From assembly GCA_964434595.1 (NCBI GenBank), contig CAYSVP010000005.1, forward strand, positions 1 through 24,000: DNA of 24,000 bases, written 5' to 3'. Below are positions 16,078 to 23,220 of this stretch, one piece after another. Made by a program: the position numbers and the translations under genes. This DNA is from an uncultured Gammaproteobacteria bacterium (GTDB taxonomy: Bacteria; Patescibacteriota; Microgenomatia; UBA12405). The first letter of the stretch is position 1, and every line of letters starts with the position of its first letter. The notes below the pieces were generated by a model, which was not told the DNA's origin, made no database searches, and saw only the letters and a list, made by a program, of their open reading frames with translations.

Positions 16078-17304
16078 TTATTCGTAACGGAGGGCTTCGA
16101 TTGGTTGAAGATTAGAGGCCCGACGAGCAGGATACCAGCCAAAAATAATACCAATGGCAACGGAAACAACAAAGGCTAAAACTATTGAACCAAGAGAAAC
16201 GGTAAAAATTGAAGCGTTAGCCAGAGCATAAACGTAAGAAACTAAAATTCCAATAATGATACCAATAATACCGCCGACAAAAGTTAGCAAAGCTGATTCC
16301 ATTAAGAATTGATAAATGATAGTCTTTTTTTTGGCTCCCAAAGCTTTACGAAGACCAATTTCCCGAGTTCTCTCGGTAACAGTGACTAACATGATATTCA
16401 TAATACCGATACCACCAACAACAAGAGAAATAGCGGCAACACCGGATAAAAGTGTTGTGAATGTCCCCGAAACTTCAGTGGCGGTACTTAAAATATCTTC
16501 TTGATTCATAATTCGAAAATCAACTTTAGAAGTATCAGTGATTTTATGACGAGCCATTAGTAGATAACCGATTTCGTTAACTGCTTGATCCATGACATCA
16601 GAGCTATTAGCGACAACAGAAATAGAACTAAGATGATTGACTCCAAATAATTGTTTTTGAGCGGTTGTAAGAGGGACATATACCCGATCATCCTGACTTT
16701 CCATGCCAGTACTACCCTTGGCAACAGTCACACCAATAACAGTAAAATTTTGACCGCCAATTCTAATGGTTTCACCAACTGGATCATAATTGGAATCATC
16801 AAAAAGGTCTTCGACCACTGTTGGGCCCAAAACTACTACTCGAGTCATTGAATCAATATCATGTTGAGTAATAAAACTGCCAGAGGCAATTTCAATGTTG
16901 TGAACTTCCAGATAGTCTGAAGTAGCACCCATAACGGTAGTATTAGTATTATTTTCACCGGTAACAATTTGGGATCGGGAAGAATATTCAGGTGAAACAC
17001 TTTTAACAGTAGTAACACTATCGGAAGAGAGAATAGCGTCGGCATCTTTTTTAGTTAAAGTGGTGGTATTAGAGATTCCCCTTACCATTCCAGATCGTTG
17101 AAAATTTGGTGAAATAGTTAAAAGATTAGAACCGAGTGATTGAATTTGAGACTGAACTGCTTTTTGACTGGATTGACCCAATGAAACCAGAGCAATGACA
17201 GAACCAATACCGATTATAATTCCTAGCATAGCCAAACCAGTTCTCATTTTATTGAGACGAAGAGTACTGATACTTTCAATAAATAGTTCCCATAATTCGG
17301 TCAT
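16078..17304 (-). CDS. MacB-type ABC transporter permease (FtsX/MacB_PCD architecture)
   Basis: I prefer ATG 17304 (MTELWELFIESISTLRLNKMRTGLAMLGIIIGIGSV...). TM1 is followed by a periplasmic domain of about 220 aa and a C-terminal FtsX 3-TM bundle (REIGLRKALGAKKK...). Confidence 0.9.
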   Translation of the reverse strand: MTELWELFIESISTLRLNKMRTGLAMLGIIIGIGSVIALVSLGQSSQKAVQSQIQSLGSNLLTISPNFQRSGMVRGISNTTTLTKKDADAILSSDSVTTVKSVSPEYSSRSQIVTGENNTNTTVMGATSDYLEVHNIEIASGSFITQHDIDSMTRVVVLGPTVVEDLFDDSNYDPVGETIRIGGQNFTVIGVTVAKGSTGMESQDDRVYVPLTTAQKQLFGVNHLSSISVVANSSDVMDQAVNEIGYLLMARHKITDTSKVDFRIMNQEDILSTATEVSGTFTTLLSGVAAISLVVGGIGIMNIMLVTVTERTREIGLRKALGAKKKTIIYQFLMESALLTFVGGIIGIIIGILVSYVYALANASIFTVSLGSIVLAFVVSVAIGIIFGWYPARRASNLQPIEALRYE

Positions 17305-17311
17305 AATTTTT

Positions 17312-18022
17312 TTATTTAATAATTTTTCGAGTTTTGTTGATGCAATCCTGTTGGATTTTTCCATCTCTAATAGTAATAATTCTTTTGGCATGTTCGGCAA
17401 TATCCGGTTCGTGAGTAATCATAACAATAGTCCGGCCATCATTATTTAATTGTTGGAATATTGCCATTACTTCTTCGGCTTGATCAGAGGCAATATTACC
17501 GGTTGGTTCATCAGCAAGAATCATATCGGGATCCATTACCAGGGATCGGGCAATAGCTACCCGTTGTTGTTGACCTCCGGAAATTTGATTGCTGGTGTGT
17601 TGGAGACGGTTGCCAAGACCAACCATTTTGAGGTATTTTTCAGCAGTAGTAATCCTTTCTTCTTTGGGAACACCACCATAGACCATGGGAATCATGACAT
17701 TTTTTAAGGTAGTGGTTCGAGATAGAAGATTAAAAGCCTGAAAGATAAAACCGATTTTACGATTACGGATTTCTGATAATTCGTCATCTGATAATTTTTC
17801 GACATTCTTACCGCCAAGAATATATTCTCCTTTTGTCGGCTTATCCAAAGCCCCGAGAATATGCATTAAAGTTGATTTTCCGGAGCCGGAAGGCCCCATA
17901 ATGGCAACAAATTCACCTTTTTTAATTTCAAAAGAGATGTCGTCAAGAGCGACAGTTTCCAGAACATCAGTTTTGTAAATTTTTGATAAATGAGAAACTT
18001 TAATAATGGTAGTATCACTCAT
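17312..18022 (-). CDS. ABC transporter ATP-binding protein (MacB/LolD-type)
   Basis: I prefer ATG 18022 (MSDTTIIKVSHLSKIYK). Walker A GPSGSGKST, signature ISGGQQQR, Walker B ILADEPT and the H-loop ITHE are all present. Confidence 0.95.
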   Translation of the reverse strand: MSDTTIIKVSHLSKIYKTDVLETVALDDISFEIKKGEFVAIMGPSGSGKSTLMHILGALDKPTKGEYILGGKNVEKLSDDELSEIRNRKIGFIFQAFNLLSRTTTLKNVMIPMVYGGVPKEERITTAEKYLKMVGLGNRLQHTSNQISGGQQQRVAIARSLVMDPDMILADEPTGNIASDQAEEVMAIFQQLNNDGRTIVMITHEPDIAEHAKRIITIRDGKIQQDCINKTRKIIK

Positions 18023-18035
18023 ATTTTTATGATAT

Positions 18036-19382
18036 TTAATTTCTGAGAGGGGCACCCATGCCACCCATGCCACCCATATTATTGCCGCCAAAGAGTGAAG
18101 AACCGGAAGAACTGGATGATTTAGTATTGGTAGTTTTACTACCGGAAGTATTAATACTGGAAGTTATAACCACGTCGCCTTCATTAATACCGGAAATAAT
18201 TTCAATTTGAGTATCATTGCTATCACCGATTTCAACGGTTATCGTAGTTGGTTGATTATCCTTCATTATTTGGATTGTGGATTGACCATTAAAGGTTTTA
18301 ACTGCAGTAGAAGGAATCAAAATAACATCTGATTTTGTCGAAGTGATAATAGTAGCGGAAACGGCCATGTTGGTGTAAATATCCAAAGTAGTTTCATCGA
18401 GTAAAACAGTAGCGGTGTAGGAAGTGACATTGGAATTGACACTACCACTGGTATTAACAGCTAAAATTGATCCGGTTAAAGTAATATCAGGAAAAGCATC
18501 CATGGTAAGGGTAACTTTTTGACCGGATTGAATTTTGGTAACATCAACTTCAGTAAGACTTAAAGTAGCTTGATATTTACCTTGAGGATTTTTTATTGCC
18601 CCGATTTTCTGAGAACTGACAGAGATTGAATCACTAGAAGAATCAGTGCCAGTACTAACAGTGATTGAAGAGTTTGAACTGTCACTAATAACTACACCCT
18701 CAGCCAAAATTAGGTTGTTGACTACACCCGAAGCAGGAGCATAAATTACTCCGGAAACTTTTTGATAATTTCTCCAGGCCGCTTGAACTTTTGATTTGGC
18801 CAAAGTAATATCTACAGCGGAATTATTATATATAAGTTCATCGGCAGTAAAAGTTTTTTTTGCCAATTCTAAGGTCTTTTCAACGATAGCTTTTTCATTA
18901 TAGGTATACTCGGCTTTAGTTTTTGGATTCCAGCCACCGGCGTACATATTGTTATATTCTTCTGTAGCATCTAAAACTGTTTGACGATCTTTCCACATTT
19001 GAATATCGGCGGACAAGCGATTGGCTTCGGCAGTTTTCTGATTTTCAACAGCATTTTGATAATTCGCCCAGGCAGTGGTTTGGGTTTCACTACCAATATC
19101 ATCCAGAGTGAGTTCGGCTAGTTTCTGATCTTTTTTGACAGTGTCTCCATTTTTTACATAAACTTTTTTAACTGTACCACTAGCTCCGGTAGTGATATAA
19201 GTAACATTGCCAGAAGTTATTGTTCCCGAGGCAGAAATAGAATTAATTAGAATACCTTTTTCAGCAGTGCTAGTTTGATAATTAATTTGAGTTTTTTTAG
19301 ACGCAAATATTTTTGTATAAGCAAAATACCCTGCTCCGATAAGAGCAATAATACCAATAATTATGGTTGTCTTTTTTTTCAT
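18036..19382 (-). CDS. HlyD/MacA-family periplasmic adaptor (membrane fusion protein) with a Ser- and Gly/Met-rich C-terminal tail
   Basis: N-terminal anchor TIIIGIIALIGAGYFAY, lipoyl-like GTVKKVYVKNGDTVKKDQKLAEL, a long coiled-coil hairpin and a beta-barrel domain. The tail reads SSSSSGSSLFGGNNMGGMGGMGAPLRN. Confidence 0.85.
   Translation of the reverse strand: MKKKTTIIIGIIALIGAGYFAYTKIFASKKTQINYQTSTAEKGILINSISASGTITSGNVTYITTGASGTVKKVYVKNGDTVKKDQKLAELTLDDIGSETQTTAWANYQNAVENQKTAEANRLSADIQMWKDRQTVLDATEEYNNMYAGGWNPKTKAEYTYNEKAIVEKTLELAKKTFTADELIYNNSAVDITLAKSKVQAAWRNYQKVSGVIYAPASGVVNNLILAEGVVISDSSNSSITVSTGTDSSSDSISVSSQKIGAIKNPQGKYQATLSLTEVDVTKIQSGQKVTLTMDAFPDITLTGSILAVNTSGSVNSNVTSYTATVLLDETTLDIYTNMAVSATIITSTKSDVILIPSTAVKTFNGQSTIQIMKDNQPTTITVEIGDSNDTQIEIISGINEGDVVITSSINTSGSKTTNTKSSSSSGSSLFGGNNMGGMGGMGAPLRN
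18053..18077. repeat. 2.8 tandem copies of the 9-bp unit CACCCATGC (encodes the GMGGMGGMG tail of the adaptor on the minus strand)
   Basis: Direct reading: cacccatgc cacccatgc cacccat. Confidence 0.8.
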
Positions 19383-19398
19383 GGAAAAATTTTAATGG

Positions 19399-20409
19399 CT
19401 ATATCTGAAAAATAACTGTAAATATTGCACCTTTGTTGGGAATACTTCTGACGGTTATATGACCATGATGTTGATCAATAATTTTTTTGGCGATGGAAAG
19501 GCCCAGGCCATAACCTCCAACATCGACTTTGGAACGAGACTGGTCAGCCCGATAAAAGCGATCAAAGATGTGGGGTATGTCTTTATCATCAATACCAATG
19601 CCATGATCTTTAACAGACAAATAGAGATGATTATTTTTAATTTCCGAGCGAAGAATTATTTTCTGATTTTTTGGACTGTATTTAATGGCATTGTCGATAA
19701 GAATTACCAATAAATCAACCACGGAAGATTGATCACAATCAAAATCTAATTTTTTAGTCCGATTGATGATGGTAATATTTTTTTTCAAAGCTAATGGACG
19801 AGTACGAATTAAAACCCGATCAATGATTTCGGCTAGTGAGTTTTTGGTTTTAATAATTTTTTGATTGGATGTCGGAGATTGAATTAACTTAATTAGACCA
19901 TCCGATAAATTCTGAAGATGATTGACTTCTTCGAGATTGTCTTTGATTAATTTTTTTGATTCCTGAATAGTAAATTTCGGATCACGAAGACTAACTTCAA
20001 GAGAACTCTTGAGAGCAGTAATGGGAGTTCGAAGTTCATGGGATGAATCGGAAATAAAACGATTCTGTTCTTCAACCATTTTGGCAATAGGTTTTAAGGT
20101 TTTTCCGGCTAGAAAAAAGCTTAAGGCGCCAGAGATAGAGATAATGCCAAGATTAACAATTAGCAAATTTAATAATAGTCGGTTTTTTGTTTCTTCGATT
20201 AATTCGTCATCGATAGTAGGCGGAGGTGGAAGAAAATAATTGTCATTGTTGTTATTTATCCGTCGTTCGATTCTGATTCTCTGGGACATGGCAAAACGAT
20301 TTATTTCATTGGATACCAACTGATAGATAATAAAGCTAAAAACAAAGCTAATAACCATAATGATGACCAAATACCAGGCGGTAAGTTTTAGACGGGCATT
20401 ATTGAACAT
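19399..20409 (-). CDS. Sensor histidine kinase (2 TM, HisKA + HATPase_c)
   Basis: H-box SDSSHELRTPITAL, N-box LVILIDNAIKYS, G1 DHGIGI and G2 GGYGLGLSIAKK. Two TM helices flank a loop of about 45 aa. Confidence 0.9.
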   Translation of the reverse strand: MFNNARLKLTAWYLVIIMVISFVFSFIIYQLVSNEINRFAMSQRIRIERRINNNNDNYFLPPPPTIDDELIEETKNRLLLNLLIVNLGIISISGALSFFLAGKTLKPIAKMVEEQNRFISDSSHELRTPITALKSSLEVSLRDPKFTIQESKKLIKDNLEEVNHLQNLSDGLIKLIQSPTSNQKIIKTKNSLAEIIDRVLIRTRPLALKKNITIINRTKKLDFDCDQSSVVDLLVILIDNAIKYSPKNQKIILRSEIKNNHLYLSVKDHGIGIDDKDIPHIFDRFYRADQSRSKVDVGGYGLGLSIAKKIIDQHHGHITVRSIPNKGAIFTVIFQI

Positions 20410-20453
20410 AAAATTTTAAAGTCTAAATTTTAAAAATAAAATAAACATTCACT

Positions 20454-21128
20454 TTATTCACCAAGTTTATAACCGAAACCACGAATGGTGTTGATTAGAG
20501 GCTTTTTATTGGTGAAAGGAGTATCAATTTTGCTGCGCAAATTTTTTATATAGACTTCGACTGTGTTGGTGAGAATATTGGCATCATAGTTCCAAACATG
20601 AGAAATTATTTGGTTTTTATTGATAATTTGGTGAGAATGTCGGATTAGATATTCCAACAAAGAAAATTCTTTACTGGACAAAGTTATTCGACGGCCAGCG
20701 CGATTGACTTCAAAGGTTCTCGTATTTAAGGTTAAATCCTCAAGAGTAATGATGTCGCCAAAAGAATTGTGGGGACGACGAGATAAAGCTCGGATACGAG
20801 CCAATAATTCTTCAAAAGAAAATGGTTTGACTAAATAATCGTCGGCTCCCATGTCAAGACCTTTTACTTTATCCTCTGTCTGACCGCGGGCAGTTAGAAT
20901 TAAAATCGGCACATGATTACCTTTTTGGCGTAATTGTTGGCATATTTTTAGACCATCCATGCCCGGTAACATTAGATCTAATATAATTAGATCGTAATCT
21001 TCGGTACTGGCTAAATCGTAACCATCAAGACCATTGTAAGCAACATCAACAGCATAACGTTCGAGCTCGAGACCTTTTTTAATCGAATTAGCAATACGAT
21101 GTTCGTCCTCGACAACTAAAATTCTCAT
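20454..21128 (-). CDS. OmpR/PhoB-family response regulator
   Basis: Receiver domain (MRILVVEDE, DLIILDLMLPGMDG, KP) plus a winged-helix Trans_reg_C domain (LSSKEFSLLEYL...TIRGFGYKL). Confidence 0.95.
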   Translation of the reverse strand: MRILVVEDEHRIANSIKKGLELERYAVDVAYNGLDGYDLASTEDYDLIILDLMLPGMDGLKICQQLRQKGNHVPILILTARGQTEDKVKGLDMGADDYLVKPFSFEELLARIRALSRRPHNSFGDIITLEDLTLNTRTFEVNRAGRRITLSSKEFSLLEYLIRHSHQIINKNQIISHVWNYDANILTNTVEVYIKNLRSKIDTPFTNKKPLINTIRGFGYKLGE

Positions 21129-21136
21129 GGTGATAG

Positions 21137-21142
21137 ATTATA
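21137..21142 (-). promoter_or_regulatory. Putative -10 box TATAAT, 8 nt upstream of the response-regulator ATG (21128)
   Basis: Minus strand reads ctagcgcTATAATctatcaccATG. Confidence 0.35.
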
Positions 21143-21149
21143 GCGCTAG

Positions 21150-21188
21150 ACTGAAAATAATCTGAAATTGTAATGTATACTGAAAAAT
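21150..21188. promoter_or_regulatory. Three direct repeats (A/T)CTGAAA(A/T)(A/T)T in the RR/MAT divergent intergenic region; candidate OmpR-type binding site
   Basis: ACTGAAAAT at 21150, TCTGAAATT at 21161 and ACTGAAAAAT at 21179. CTGAAA cores start at 21151, 21162 and 21180, giving spacings of 11 and 18 bp. Confidence 0.3.
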
Positions 21189-21196
21189 TAGGCAGA

Positions 21197-21225
21197 TTTA
21201 CTAAAAATAATATCTGGCTTATAAT
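21197..21225 (+). promoter_or_regulatory. Putative promoter TTTACT-17 nt-TATAAT, with the -10 ending 9 nt before the MAT ATG (21235)
   Basis: TTTACT at 21197-21202, a 17-nt spacer, TATAAT at 21220-21225, then cgtgaatat and ATG. Confidence 0.4.
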
Positions 21226-21234
21226 CGTGAATAT

Positions 21235-22512
21235 ATGCTTAAAAACTTGACGGTTTTTAAATCTGACAAACAAAAAATTAATGACAGTAAATTCGAAGTA
21301 GTGGAGAGAAAGGGTGTTGGACATCCGGATAATTTATGCGATGCCATTGCTGAAAAAATCTCGGTTGAATATTCACAGCACTGTTTTAAAAAATACGGTA
21401 TAGTACTGCGTCATATGGTGGATAAAGTAGCCATATTAGGGGGATCATCTAAGGTCAGTTTTGGACACGGGGAAATGACAGCGCCAATACGACTATTACT
21501 TAATGGTAGATTTACTCATCAATTTAAAGAGGAAAAGATTGATTATTTAGATATTACTAATCGAGTTATTAAAAATCATTTTAAAAATATTTTTCCGTTA
21601 TTAGATACCGAAAAATGGTTAAAAATTGTTGATAATACCCACTTTACCCAAGGACCCGGAGTAGTATACAGTCAAGACGGGACAACAAAAAATGAAAGAA
21701 GTCAATTTTTTTGCGTATCTGACGATAATTTTGCAAAACATCATTGCAATGGATTCCGGTCAAATGATACCTCGACTACGGTTAGTTATGCACCTCTATC
21801 AGATCTAGAAAAAATAGTAATTCTGTCAGAAAATTGGCTAAATTGTTCAGATTTTAAACAAAATCATTTATATGTCGGCAGTGATATAAAAGTGATGGGA
21901 AAAAGAATTAATAAAAATATTGAATTAACTTTATGTGTGCCGTTTATTGCTGACTATACACCTGACCAAAATTTTTATATTCAAAAATTAGGAGAATTAA
22001 AACAGTTATTAATCGATAAAATTAAAAAAGAATTTCCATTATATTTAGTAGATATTTTTTTAAACACCCGGGATAATTTTAATAATCAGGATATTTATTT
22101 AACGGCAATTGGTAGTGCAGTTGAAAGCGGTGACGAAGGGGCAGTAGGACGGGGAAATAGAACTAATGGAGTAATTCCATTTACCAGAAATATGAGTACT
22201 GAAGCACCTTGTGGAAAAAATCCGGTATATCATACCGGAAAAATTTTTACTGTTATTGGTGATATTGTGGCCGAGGAAATATATAAAAAATTAGGAGTAG
22301 AGAATACGATTTATTTAACTTCCCAAATGGGTCGGGATATGAATGATCCATGGCAGGTTACGGTGGCACTAGATGGATATAAAAACGATATTAATATTGA
22401 TCTGAAGAAAAAAATTGAAAAGATTGTAGAAAAAAATTTAAGACGACATTGGGAAGTAACTCAACAAATTATCGATGGACAGATCAAGATTTACGAACCA
22501 AATTTATCCTAA
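21235..22512 (+). CDS. mat: Archaeal-class S-adenosylmethionine synthetase (methionine adenosyltransferase, PF01941-type)
   Basis: Blocks VERKGVGHPDNLCDAIAE, SNDTSTTVSYAPLS, VGSDIKVMG and YLTAIGSAVESGDEGAVGRGNRTNGVIPFTRNMSTEAPCGKNPVYHTGKI match archaeal MAT hallmarks as I recall them. The bacterial MetK hallmarks (GAGDQG, GGGAFSGKD) are absent. Confidence 0.88.
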   Translation: MLKNLTVFKSDKQKINDSKFEVVERKGVGHPDNLCDAIAEKISVEYSQHCFKKYGIVLRHMVDKVAILGGSSKVSFGHGEMTAPIRLLLNGRFTHQFKEEKIDYLDITNRVIKNHFKNIFPLLDTEKWLKIVDNTHFTQGPGVVYSQDGTTKNERSQFFCVSDDNFAKHHCNGFRSNDTSTTVSYAPLSDLEKIVILSENWLNCSDFKQNHLYVGSDIKVMGKRINKNIELTLCVPFIADYTPDQNFYIQKLGELKQLLIDKIKKEFPLYLVDIFLNTRDNFNNQDIYLTAIGSAVESGDEGAVGRGNRTNGVIPFTRNMSTEAPCGKNPVYHTGKIFTVIGDIVAEEIYKKLGVENTIYLTSQMGRDMNDPWQVTVALDGYKNDINIDLKKKIEKIVEKNLRRHWEVTQQIIDGQIKIYEPNLS

Positions 22513-22530
22513 TTAAAGGATTTTTCTAAA

Positions 22531-23220
22531 TTAGAATTGTATTTTTTCTCCAGGAAAAATACTTTTGGTCGCACCAGAGAGTGAATAAATATTGACCGGA
22601 TCAAAACCCACTGATTCAGCTATTAAATCTTTGGATATTATTAAACCTGACCGTTCGGTTAAGGCAACTAAATCACCTTTTTGTTGATTAATAAAATTGT
22701 CAACTGAATTAATTTTTTCCGAAGTAAAATGACAAAGAACTGATCTGTTATTAAGAAGATTTAATCCATTATCGTATGAGTAATTAGCATCATTTTCCTC
22801 TGATACGGTAGATATAGTTTTTCCCATAATAATAGCGCCAGCACTACCACCATAAATTAAACCACCTTGGTTATAAAACTCGAGTAAAAGATTATTAAAC
22901 CCAGTTTTAATAATATGATCGAGGAGTTTATAGGTATTACCACCACCAATATAAATACCACTAAACTTTTCCAAATCTTTAATTGTTTTGTTTTTTAAAT
23001 CTGTCCACATACTAATTTCAGTAAAATCGTCTGAGGCTTTGGTTAGAGTTGAGGTGATCCAATCAAAACAACTTTCATAGCCATTTTCTTTGGGCCCTAG
23101 GGCAATAGGGATATAAATAATTTTTTTAGTTGGCAGTTGTGATAGAAATTTTTTGTCAAGATGAAGACTATCGGCTGATCCCCCACCACCACCAAGAAAC
23201 AGTTTACCTTTACTAATCAT
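22531..23220 (-). CDS. Peptidase S51 family protein (dipeptidase E / cyanophycinase-like Ser-His-Glu hydrolase), cytoplasmic
   Basis: IYIGGGNTYKLLDHI and LIYGGSAGAIIMG (nucleophile Ser), VLCHF (His) and LTERSG (Glu) align with my recollection of PepE. No signal peptide. The ATG overlaps the upstream stop by 8 nt (ATGATTAG). Confidence 0.8.
   Translation of the reverse strand: MISKGKLFLGGGGGSADSLHLDKKFLSQLPTKKIIYIPIALGPKENGYESCFDWITSTLTKASDDFTEISMWTDLKNKTIKDLEKFSGIYIGGGNTYKLLDHIIKTGFNNLLLEFYNQGGLIYGGSAGAIIMGKTISTVSEENDANYSYDNGLNLLNNRSVLCHFTSEKINSVDNFINQQKGDLVALTERSGLIISKDLIAESVGFDPVNIYSLSGATKSIFPGEKIQF

Noticed and set aside
21129-21234. SAM riboswitch upstream of MAT, and a T-box upstream of metG (8065-8098).
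   Set aside because: The available untranslated space is about 9 nt after the -10 for MAT and a 34-nt intergenic gap for metG. That is far too short for either structured leader.
1688-21324. Short track ORFs nested in, or antisense to, long family-assignable genes: 1688-1903, 2713-2940, 6181-6423, 8345-8536, 12015-12233, 14977-15237, 14987-15190, 15650-15835, 16316-16504, 16651-16851, 16845-17045, 17195-17449, 17450-17707, 19459-19713, 20009-20239 and 21088-21324.
   Set aside because: Each lies entirely inside, or straddles the start of, a longer ORF with clear family motifs. Their translations are low-complexity or mirror-strand artefacts typical of AT-rich DNA, and none has a promoter or start context.
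22513-22530. Inverted repeat CTAATT...AATTAG between the convergent MAT and S51 genes, considered as a bidirectional terminator.
   Set aside because: It has only a 6-bp all-AT-rich stem with a loop of about 14 nt and no flanking U-tract, so it is too weak to call.
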